Source: Escherichia coli
GTDB lineage: Bacteria; Pseudomonadota; Gammaproteobacteria; Enterobacterales; Enterobacteriaceae
DNA length: 64,000 nt
Assembly: GCF_003334335.1 (NCBI RefSeq)
Contig: NZ_QOWQ01000002.1
Strand: one strand, 5' to 3'
Shown here: piece by piece, positions 55,473 through 64,000 of the stretch
Position numbering within the stretch: the stretch's first letter is position 1
How the letters are laid out: every line of letters begins with the position of its first letter
Notes under the pieces: model-generated
What the model saw: only the letters and a program-made list of their open reading frames with translations
The model's database searches: none
What the model was told of the DNA's origin: nothing
Translations under genes and position numbers: made by a program

Positions 55473-56132
55473 TTACTGCATCATCCCGGAGAATTTATTC
55501 TCCGGGTCCATCTCCAGCGCCAGTCCTGACAACTGCTTTCTGTTTTTAATGAGATACCCTTTCTTGCTTTTAATTAATAAACCGTCGTGAATGAACTGCG
55601 CGAGAACATATAAAAGATGTCGATAAGAAACGCCTAAATACTCTGCCGCTTGCGTATGCTTTTCGTGATAAAGATCACCTTCCTGCGAGAGTAATATAAA
55701 TGCTGCCAGGCGATTCACTAACGGAAATGATTGATTCTGAGTTAAAGAAACAATATTACGATAATTTTTATGACTTAAGGTGACGCAGAGTTTTCGTAAA
55801 AATAGCGTGTCGTTTAATAACAGCGGACGGTAATGTTTCATAGGGAGCGCAAGGCACCAACACTCTTCAATAGCCTGCACCGCACGCGGTTCATGGTCTT
55901 TATCGATTAACTCAATCTCGCCAATAAAACAGGGGGCGGCAAAGAAATCGATCAGCGACACGCGACCATTAGCTAGCGTGGCGTAAAGCCTGGCGCGGCC
56001 TCGCGTCAGGTAAAACAGCCAGGACGGCTGTTGCCCTTCCTGCACAATGTAGTCACGCGCTAAAAAATGAAACAGCCGCGTATCGGCTGAAACATCCGTT
56101 AAAAAGCAATCCTTAAACGCGGATTCACTCAT
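55473..56132 (-). CDS. yeiL: Crp/Fnr-family transcriptional regulator YeiL
   Basis: Track ORF 55473..56171; I use the ATG at 56132 ([11 protein letters not shown]..., 219 aa); cNMP-binding-like domain plus C-terminal HTH. Confidence 0.88.
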
Positions 56133-56300
56133 CAATTGCTGCTTAAGATCATTATTGTGGATTTCTTTCACGATGTTTATCCGCTATGAGATTTCTCATA
56201 TTTAGCATACGTACGCTGTTGTTAAGATTCAATCATCGGCCCGGTCGAATTTTCTTTGCTGTAGAAAAAATAACGCAACTGGAAACAGAGGAAATAAACA

Positions 56301-57242
56301 ATGGAAAAGAGAAAAATTATTCTGGATTGTGATCCGGGTCATGATGATGCTATTGCTATAATGATGGCGGCGAAACATCCGGCAATAGATTTATTAGGCA
56401 TCACTATTGTAGCGGGTAATCAGACGCTTGATAAAACATTAATTAATGGCCTGAATGTTTGCCAGAAACTGGAGATTAATGTTCCGGTTTATGCGGGGAT
56501 GCCGCAGCCCATTATGCGTCAACAAATCGTTGCCGATAATATTCACGGTGAAACCGGACTGGATGGCCCGGTATTCGAGCCGCTGACCCGCCAGGCAGAA
56601 AGCACTCATGCGGTGAAATATATCATTGATACCCTGATGGCAAGCGATGGCGATATCACTCTGGTGCCGGTTGGTCCGCTTTCAAATATCGCGGTGGCAA
56701 TGCGTATGCAACCCGCGATCCTGCCCAAAATCCGTGAAATTGTGCTAATGGGCGGCGCTTACGGTACAGGCAACTTCACGCCATCTGCCGAGTTCAACAT
56801 CTTTGCCGACCCGGAAGCCGCACGCGTAGTGTTCACCTCCGGCGTTCCATTAGTGATGATGGGCCTCGATCTCACCAACCAGACCGTTTGCACCCCGGAC
56901 GTGATTGCTCGGATGGAAAGGGCAGGCGGCCCCGCCGGAGAGCTGTTCAGCGACATCATGAACTTCACTCTCAAAACGCAGTTCGAAAACTACGGCCTTG
57001 CTGGCGGCCCGGTGCACGACGCCACCTGCATCGGTTATCTGATTAACCCTGATGGCATTAAAACCCAGGAGATGTACGTCGAAGTGGACGTCAACAGTGG
57101 CCCTTGCTATGGGCGTACCGTCTGCGACGAGCTGGGCGTTCTTGGCAAGCCCGCCAATACCAAAGTCGGCATCACTATTGATACAGACTGGTTCTGGGGA
57201 TTAGTCGAAGAGTGCGTGCGCGGCTACATCAAAACCCATTAA
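56301..57242 (+). CDS. rihB: pyrimidine-specific ribonucleoside hydrolase RihB
   Basis: 313-aa ORF with N-terminal DCDPGHDD nucleoside hydrolase motif. Confidence 0.93.
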   Translation: MEKRKIILDCDPGHDDAIAIMMAAKHPAIDLLGITIVAGNQTLDKTLINGLNVCQKLEINVPVYAGMPQPIMRQQIVADNIHGETGLDGPVFEPLTRQAESTHAVKYIIDTLMASDGDITLVPVGPLSNIAVAMRMQPAILPKIREIVLMGGAYGTGNFTPSAEFNIFADPEAARVVFTSGVPLVMMGLDLTNQTVCTPDVIARMERAGGPAGELFSDIMNFTLKTQFENYGLAGGPVHDATCIGYLINPDGIKTQEMYVEVDVNSGPCYGRTVCDELGVLGKPANTKVGITIDTDWFWGLVEECVRGYIKTH

Positions 57243-57341
57243 GTGTTGATAACAAGCCGGGCCGGTATCGCAAGATGCAGGCCTGGCTATTTCTGATGGG
57301 CAGAAAGCCGTCGCCCAATATGACATGAAGAGATAATCACT

Positions 57342-58592
57342 ATGGATGTCATGAGAAGTGTTCTGGGAATGGTGGTATTGCTGACGATTGCGTTTTTACT
57401 GTCAGTAAACAAGAAGAAGATCAGCCTGCGTACCGTTGGCGCGGCGTTAGTGTTACAGGTCGTGATTGGCGGCATTATGCTTTGGTTACCGCCAGGGCGT
57501 TGGGTCGCTGAAAAAGTCGCTTTTGGCGTGCATAAAGTGATGGCGTACAGCGACGCGGGTAGCGCATTTATCTTCGGTTCTCTGGTCGGACCGAAAATGG
57601 ATACCTTATTTGATGGTGCAGGATTTATCTTTGGTTTCAGGGTGTTACCGGCAATTATCTTCGTCACCGCGCTGGTGAGTATTCTCTACTACATCGGTGT
57701 GATGGGGATTTTAATTCGAATTCTCGGCGGTATCTTCCAGAAAGCATTAAATATCAGCAAGATCGAGTCATTCGTCGCGGTCACCACCATTTTCCTCGGG
57801 CAAAACGAAATTCCGGCAATCGTCAAACCCTTTATCGATCGTCTGAATCGCAATGAATTATTTACAGCGATTTGTAGTGGCATGGCCTCGATTGCTGGTT
57901 CGACAATGATTGGTTACGCCGCACTGGGCGTGCCTGTGGAATATCTGCTGGCGGCATCATTAATGGCGATCCCTGGCGGGATCTTGTTTGCCCGCCTGTT
58001 AAGCCCGGCAACGGAATCTTCGCAGGTTTCCTTTAATAACCTCTCTTTCACCGAAACACCGCCAAAAAGCATTATTGAAGCCGCTGCGACAGGGGCAATG
58101 ACCGGGCTGAAAATCGCCGCAGGTGTGGCAACAGTGGTGATGGCATTTGTTGCAATAATTGCGTTGATTAACGGTATTATCGGCGGCGTTGGTGGCTGGT
58201 TTGGTTTTGAACATGCCTCGCTGGAGTCCATTTTAGGTTACCTGCTGGCTCCACTGGCGTGGGTGATGGGTGTGGACTGGAGTGATGCGAATCTTGCCGG
58301 GAGTTTGATTGGACAGAAACTGGCAATAAATGAATTTGTCGCTTATCTCAATTTCTCACCCTATCTGCAAACGGCTGGCACTCTCGATGCTAAAACTGTG
58401 GCGATTATTTCCTTCGCGTTGTGCGGTTTCGCTAACTTTGGTTCTATCGGGGTGGTGGTGGGGGCGTTTTCTGCGGTTGCGCCACACCGTGCGCCGGAAA
58501 TCGCCCAGCTTGGTTTACGGGCGCTGGCGGCGGCGACGCTTTCCAACTTGATGAGTGCGACCATTGCCGGGTTCTTTATTGGTTTAGCTTGA
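57342..58592 (+). CDS. nupX: NupC-family nucleoside transporter NupX
   Basis: 416-aa polytopic ORF, roughly 85% identical by eye to the reconstructed PsuT. Confidence 0.92.
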   Translation: MDVMRSVLGMVVLLTIAFLLSVNKKKISLRTVGAALVLQVVIGGIMLWLPPGRWVAEKVAFGVHKVMAYSDAGSAFIFGSLVGPKMDTLFDGAGFIFGFRVLPAIIFVTALVSILYYIGVMGILIRILGGIFQKALNISKIESFVAVTTIFLGQNEIPAIVKPFIDRLNRNELFTAICSGMASIAGSTMIGYAALGVPVEYLLAASLMAIPGGILFARLLSPATESSQVSFNNLSFTETPPKSIIEAAATGAMTGLKIAAGVATVVMAFVAIIALINGIIGGVGGWFGFEHASLESILGYLLAPLAWVMGVDWSDANLAGSLIGQKLAINEFVAYLNFSPYLQTAGTLDAKTVAIISFALCGFANFGSIGVVVGAFSAVAPHRAPEIAQLGLRALAAATLSNLMSATIAGFFIGLA

Positions 58593-58600
58593 GTGTCATT

Positions 58601-58691
58601 GCCTGATGCGCAAGCTTATCAGGCCTACATTTACTTGCTGAAATTGCCTGATTTGTAGGCCGGATAAGACGCGTTAAGCGTCGCATCCGGC
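58601..58691. repeat. BIME: two REP palindromes downstream of nupX
   Basis: gcctgatgcgcaagcttatcaggcctac (58601-58628) and gtaggccggataagacgcgttaagcgtcgcatccggc (58655-58691). Confidence 0.85.
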
Positions 58692-58698
58692 AACATTG

Positions 58699-59787
58699 TT
58701 ACACCATTGGCACTAATGAAAGCGCGTTATCGGCAGACAGGGTAGGGTTGTTTAAGCTGCCGCTGGCGCGCGAAATTGCCGCGCAGGCTACCGCAAAACG
58801 GGCGCTGTCGCGGAAACTGTATCCTTCAAGAAAGCTATATACCAGGCCCGCCATAAAACCATCGTCAGCACCAAAACTGTCTACTGTCGTATGCGCTGGC
58901 GCGGTCAGCAAAAATTGTTCTCCATCCTTTTCGCTGCAATAAACTGACTCATCGGGCAAATAAACAAACAGTTGCTGAACACCTTGCTGATGCAATGCAT
59001 TCACTGCGGTATTACGGTCAGCATCGCTGGTGATCGCCTGTCCCCATAAAATTTCCAGCTCCGGTAAAGTGGGTTTCAGGGTGTGAATATGCGCCAGCCA
59101 GTGTTTGATTTTGCCCGCTTTGAATTCTGAAACGGTATCGACAAACACCGGGATTTCATCAGCGAGGGTAAAGACCCATTCCAGCGCCTCGGCTGTCAGG
59201 TTGCAATCAGCCAGTACCACGCCCGCATGACGAAGTAAATCGCGCGACCCGTTCAGTAGTTGCGGTGTCAACTGTTCCAGCAGATGGGTATCGTTAATCG
59301 CCAGCACGGTTTGATCGTCTCGATTGGCAATTGCCAGATACGTCGATGTGCTTTGACCATGCAAACGAACGCAGCCGGAGACATTCACGCCGGCACGGCG
59401 CGTTTCTTCCAGGAGCATTTCGCCATAAAAGTCATCGCCAATCACTGAAAGCAAATGGACGTCACGGCCTAACAGCGCCAGATTGTGGGCGATGTTGCGT
59501 CCCACGCCGCCCGCTGAGCAATGAATTGTACCGGGATGAGAAGCCGATTGCGGGTAACGGATATCCGCCATCCCGCGAATATCCATATTGATTGTCCCCA
59601 CCACTACGCAGTATTCCTGCTCGGTGAGAATGTAACCTTTGCCTTTAATCCGGCCTTTGCGCATTAAATCCATAATATGCGCCGCAACGCGCGAACGGCT
59701 GATTTGCAGCATGTCCGCAATTTCGTTCTGCTGAATCAGCGGGTTACGCCGTAAAATTGCAAGGATCTCCTTTTCCCGGTTATTCAT
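58699..59787 (-). CDS. yeiI: HTH-containing PfkB-family sugar/nucleoside kinase YeiI
   Basis: 362-aa ORF; N-terminal HTH plus ribokinase-like domain (GGVGRNIAHNLALLG), paralogous to psuK. Confidence 0.9.
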   Translation of the reverse strand: MNNREKEILAILRRNPLIQQNEIADMLQISRSRVAAHIMDLMRKGRIKGKGYILTEQEYCVVVGTINMDIRGMADIRYPQSASHPGTIHCSAGGVGRNIAHNLALLGRDVHLLSVIGDDFYGEMLLEETRRAGVNVSGCVRLHGQSTSTYLAIANRDDQTVLAINDTHLLEQLTPQLLNGSRDLLRHAGVVLADCNLTAEALEWVFTLADEIPVFVDTVSEFKAGKIKHWLAHIHTLKPTLPELEILWGQAITSDADRNTAVNALHQQGVQQLFVYLPDESVYCSEKDGEQFLLTAPAHTTVDSFGADDGFMAGLVYSFLEGYSFRDSARFAVACAAISRASGSLNNPTLSADNALSLVPMV

Positions 59788-59789
59788 CT

Positions 59790-60647
59790 TCAGGCTACCG
59801 CTTTTTCAGTTTGTTGCGCTTTCAGCCAGGCGATCTCTTCTGCCCAGATATCCGGGTTGATGGTTTCGAGGATCAGCGGAATGCCGTCGAAACGGTCGTC
59901 CTGCATGATCCAGCGGAACGCATCATGACCGATATTGCCTTCACCGAGGCTATGATGGCGGTCAACGCGGCTGCCAAAGGTGCTTTTCGCATCGTTAAGG
60001 TGCATCCCGCGCAGATACTTAAAGCCGACAGTACGGGCAAAATCCGCGAATGTTTTCTCGCATTCGGCTGGAGTACGCAAATCATACCCGGCAGCGAAAG
60101 CATGGCAGGTATCAATGCAGACGCCGACGCGGGATTTATCTTCCACGCCGTCGATAATCGCCGCGAGATGTTCGAATTTAAACCCTAAGTTACTGCCCTG
60201 ACCGGCGGTGTTTTCTATCACCGCTGTCACACCTTGAGTTTTATCCAGCGCAATGTTGATGGATTCGGCAATACGCGCAAGGCAATCCTCTTCTGAAATC
60301 TGCATCAGATGGCTGCCAGGGTGGAAGTTGAGCAAAGAAAGCCCCAGCTGTTCGCAACGCTGCATTTCATCTATAAAGGCATCGCGCGATTTTTCCAGAG
60401 CTTCAGTGACCGGATGTCCGAGGTTAATCAGATAACTGTCGTGGGGAAGAATTTGCGCCGATGTGTAGTGATATTTTTCACAGGCGGCTTTGAATTCATC
60501 GATGGTTTGCGTCGTGAGCGGTGCGGCACGCCACTGACGTTGGTTTTTGGTGAACAAGGCAAACGCGGTTGCGTCGATTTCGGCGGCGCGAATTGCGGCA
60601 TTTGCCAGACCGCCAGCAGCACTAACGTGCGCTCCAATGTATTTCAT
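59790..60647 (-). CDS. nfo: endonuclease IV (AP endonuclease)
   Basis: 285-aa [42 protein letters not shown]... Confidence 0.95.
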
Positions 60648-60720
60648 GCGAGGACTCCTGTTAAACCCGCTGGAGGAAAACGGTAATGATAGCGGGTTAA
60701 CAGGAGCAAGATGTAGTGGT

Positions 60721-61770
60721 TTATGCGATGACGCTTTGAATCACATAGTTAATCGCACCACCACCAACAATCAGCCAGGCAAACAGTACCAGTGCCATCA
60801 GCAGAGGTTTCGCCCCAGCTTTTTTCAGCGCGCTGACGTGAGTGGTCAGACCCAGCGCCGCCATCGCCATTGCCAGCAGGAAGGTATCCAGCGTTACCAG
60901 CATGTTCACCACGCTCTGCGGTAACAGGTGGAACGAGTTAAAGATGGCAACTACGATGAACAAGATGGCAAACCACGGAATAGTGATTTTGCTTTTCTCG
61001 CCGCTGTTCGCCCCAGACAGCTGTTTAACACGCGCCGCCAGCAGGATGAGGAACGGAGCCAGCATCATCACGCGCAGCATTTTGGAAATAACTGCTGCGT
61101 TTTCCGCATCCGGGCTGATGGCATGACCTGCCGCCACCACCTGCGCCACTTCGTGCACAGTAGAACCAATGTAGATACCGAAAGTTTCCGGACTAAACCA
61201 TTGAGACATCAGCGGATATATCGCCGGGTAGAGGAAAATCGCGACGGTCCCGAAGATAACAACGGTTGCAACAGCCACGGTTACTTTACTGGCTTCCGCT
61301 TTCACTACCGGCTCAGTCGCCAGTACCGCGGCAGCACCACAGATACTGCTACCGGCACCGATCAACCAGCTGGTGTGCTTATCCAGACCAAACACTTTCT
61401 GCCCCAGGAAGCAAGCCAGCAGGAAGGTACTGGACAGCGTCAACACGTCAATGATGATCCCACTGATACCGACATCGGCAATTTGCGAGAACGTCAGACG
61501 GAAGCCATAAAGAATGATACCCAGACGTAATAAATATTGCTTGGCAAACAGCACACCACCGTCACAGCTTTTCCAGATGTGCGGATAGATGGTGTTGCCT
61601 AAAACCATCCCCAACAAGATTGCGAGGGTGAGGGCACTAAACCCGGCACCCGCAACCGCGGGAATGGAACCACCCCACAGGGCGACCCCGGTGATAACTG
61701 CACTCAGGGCTAACCCCGGAATAAAATGCCACAGTGTACGATGTTGTTTCTGTAAGGTGATATTCGTCAT
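60721..61770 (-). CDS. yeiH: UPF0324 inner membrane protein YeiH
   Basis: 349-aa polytopic membrane ORF. Confidence 0.9.
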
Positions 61771-61868
61771 AACCCTCTCCTTTAACCGGGCATAAGGTTA
61801 CGACTAACTGGTTTAAAAATAAAATTGATTATATATTTATAATTAATCTTTATAAGTGGTAAGCGACT

Positions 61869-62750
61869 ATGCACATCACCCTCCGGCAGTTGGAAGTTTT
61901 TGCAGAAGTATTGAAAAGTGGATCAACCACCCAGGCGTCGGTGATGCTGGCGTTGTCGCAATCAGCAGTGAGCGCAGCCTTGACCGACCTGGAAGGGCAG
62001 CTTGGCGTGCAACTGTTTGATCGCGTGGGGAAAAGACTGGTTGTTAATGAACACGGGCGGCTGCTCTATCCGCGTGCGTTGGCATTGCTTGAACAGGCGG
62101 TTGAAATCGAACAACTGTTTCGCGAAGACAACGGCGCGATTCGTATCTATGCCAGTAGTACCATCGGTAACTACATTCTGCCTGCAGTTATCGCCCGTTA
62201 TCGCCATGATTATCCGCAGTTGCCGATTGAACTTAGCGTTGGGAATAGCCAGGACGTGATGCAAGCGGTGCTGGATTTCCGCGTTGATATTGGCTTTATT
62301 GAAGGACCGTGCCACAGCACTGAAATCATTTCTGAACCGTGGCTGGAAGACGAGCTGGTGGTTTTCGCCGCGCCGACTTCGCCGTTGGCCCGTGGTCCGG
62401 TCACCTTAGAACAGCTGGCCGCTGCGCCGTGGATCCTGCGTGAACGCGGTTCCGGCACGCGGGAGATTGTCGATTATCTGTTGCTGTCACATTTACCGAA
62501 GTTTGAGATGGCGATGGAATTAGGTAACTCCGAGGCAATCAAACATGCGGTGCGTCATGGGTTGGGAATTAGTTGCCTGTCGCGACGTGTGATTGAAGAT
62601 CAATTGCAGGCAGGCACATTAAGTGAAGTTGCGGTCCCTCTGCCGCGCCTGATGCGTACGTTGTGGCGTATACATCATCGGCAAAAACACCTTTCCAACG
62701 CGCTACGGCGCTTTCTGGACTATTGCGATCCCGCAAATGTGCCGCGTTAA
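61869..62750 (+). CDS. yeiE: LysR-family transcriptional regulator YeiE
   Basis: 293-aa ORF with N-terminal LysR HTH ([38 protein letters not shown]), divergent from yeiH. Confidence 0.92.
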
Positions 62751-62954
62751 GTTGCTGTACAAGAACATGCTGGTGCTGTGTCGATTTCGTGACGCAGCGC
62801 CTTCAGCATGCATTCGCCAGAAAAGAGATTGGCTGCTTTACTTATAATCCCTGGGCGATCATGAAGGTGTCTTATAACCGTGTATTTCTGCCGGAAGGAT
62901 TGCCAATCGTCTGCTACAATCGCGCCTCATTTTTAAGATGGATAGCATTTTTGT

Positions 62955-64000
62955 ATGGTTTCCGAAACTAAAACCACAGAAGCGCCGGGCTTACGCCGTG
63001 AATTAAAGGCGCGTCACCTGACGATGATTGCCATTGGCGGTTCCATCGGTACAGGTCTTTTTGTTGCCTCTGGCGCAACGATTTCTCAGGCAGGTCCGGG
63101 CGGGGCATTGCTCTCGTATATGCTGATTGGCCTGATGGTTTACTTCCTGATGACCAGTCTCGGTGAACTGGCTGCATATATGCCGGTTTCCGGTTCGTTT
63201 GCCACTTACGGTCAGAACTATGTTGAAGAAGGCTTTGGCTTCGCGCTGGGCTGGAACTACTGGTACAACTGGGCGGTGACTATCGCCGTTGACCTGGTTG
63301 CAGCTCAGCTGGTCATGAGCTGGTGGTTCCCGGATACACCGGGCTGGATCTGGAGTGCGTTGTTCCTCGGCGTTATCTTCCTGCTGAACTACATCTCAGT
63401 TCGTGGCTTTGGTGAAGCGGAATACTGGTTCTCACTGATCAAAGTCACGACAGTTATTGTCTTTATCATCGTTGGCGTGCTGATGATTATCGGTATCTTC
63501 AAAGGCGCGCAGCCTGCGGGCTGGAGCAACTGGACAATCGGCGAAGCGCCGTTTGCTGGTGGTTTTGCGGCGATGATCGGCGTAGCTATGATTGTCGGCT
63601 TCTCTTTCCAGGGAACCGAGCTGATCGGTATTGCTGCAGGCGAGTCCGAAGATCCGGCGAAAAACATTCCACGCGCGGTACGTCAGGTGTTCTGGCGAAT
63701 CCTGTTGTTCTATGTGTTCGCGATCCTGATTATCAGCCTGATTATTCCGTACACCGATCCGAGCCTGCTGCGTAACGATGTTAAAGACATCAGCGTTAGT
63801 CCGTTCACCCTGGTGTTCCAGCACGCGGGTCTGCTCTCTGCGGCGGCGGTGATGAACGCAGTTATTCTGACGGCGGTGCTGTCAGCGGGTAACTCCGGTA
63901 TGTATGCGTCTACTCGTATGCTGTACACCCTGGCGTGTGACGGTAAAGCGCCGCGCATTTTCGCTAAACTGTCGCGTGGTGGCGTGCCGCGTAATGCGCT
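62955..64000 (+). CDS. lysP: lysine-specific permease LysP, N-terminal part (3' end outside window)
   Basis: Open frame from ATG 62955 (MVSETKTTEAPGLRRELKARHLTMIAIGGSIGTGLFVASG...) running to the window end; APC-family amino acid permease; absent from ORF track because there is no stop in the window. Confidence 0.92.
   Translation, partial: MVSETKTTEAPGLRRELKARHLTMIAIGGSIGTGLFVASGATISQAGPGGALLSYMLIGLMVYFLMTSLGELAAYMPVSGSFATYGQNYVEEGFGFALGWNYWYNWAVTIAVDLVAAQLVMSWWFPDTPGWIWSALFLGVIFLLNYISVRGFGEAEYWFSLIKVTTVIVFIIVGVLMIIGIFKGAQPAGWSNWTIGEAPFAGGFAAMIGVAMIVGFSFQGTELIGIAAGESEDPAKNIPRAVRQVFWRILLFYVFAILIISLIIPYTDPSLLRNDVKDISVSPFTLVFQHAGLLSAAAVMNAVILTAVLSAGNSGMYASTRMLYTLACDGKAPRIFAKLSRGGVPRNA

Noticed and set aside
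60928-61530. 200-aa ORF on the + strand
   Set aside because: Antisense to yeiH; Arg/His-rich translation.

Overview
This window is core Escherichia coli chromosome with K-12-like gene order, shown reverse-complemented relative to the K-12 map. I did not find a convincing novel system: there is no phage, integron, CRISPR array, toxin-antitoxin pair or defence island, and no integrase next to the tRNA gene. Gene content in order: the 3' end of ompC, apbE-ada-alkB, yojI, mqo, a ~1.1 kb tandem REP/BIME array, eco, the napFDAGHBC-ccmABCDEFGH operon, narP, yejO (autotransporter), tRNA-Pro(GGG) proL, yejM-yejL, yejK, rplY, radD, rsuA, bcr, yejG, yejABEF, rtn, mepS, lpxT, yeiR, yeiQ, yeiP, yeiW, setB, fruBKA, psuK-psuG-psuT, yeiL, rihB, nupX, yeiI-nfo-yeiH, yeiE and the 5' part of lysP. 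Gene names and expected protein lengths come from my recollection of E. coli K-12 proteins, not from a database search. The points most worth a second look are: (1) psuT is split into two overlapping ORFs by an apparent 1-bp deletion, while every other gene I checked matches the length I remember for K-12; (2) ten tandem 113-bp REP/BIME units lie between the convergent mqo and eco genes; (3) a ~26-nt block is conserved in the 5' leaders of the paralogous transporters psuT and nupX; (4) yejO is a single intact 863-aa ORF next to proL with no IS element nearby. All coordinates were derived by reading the sequence and the ORF track by hand.
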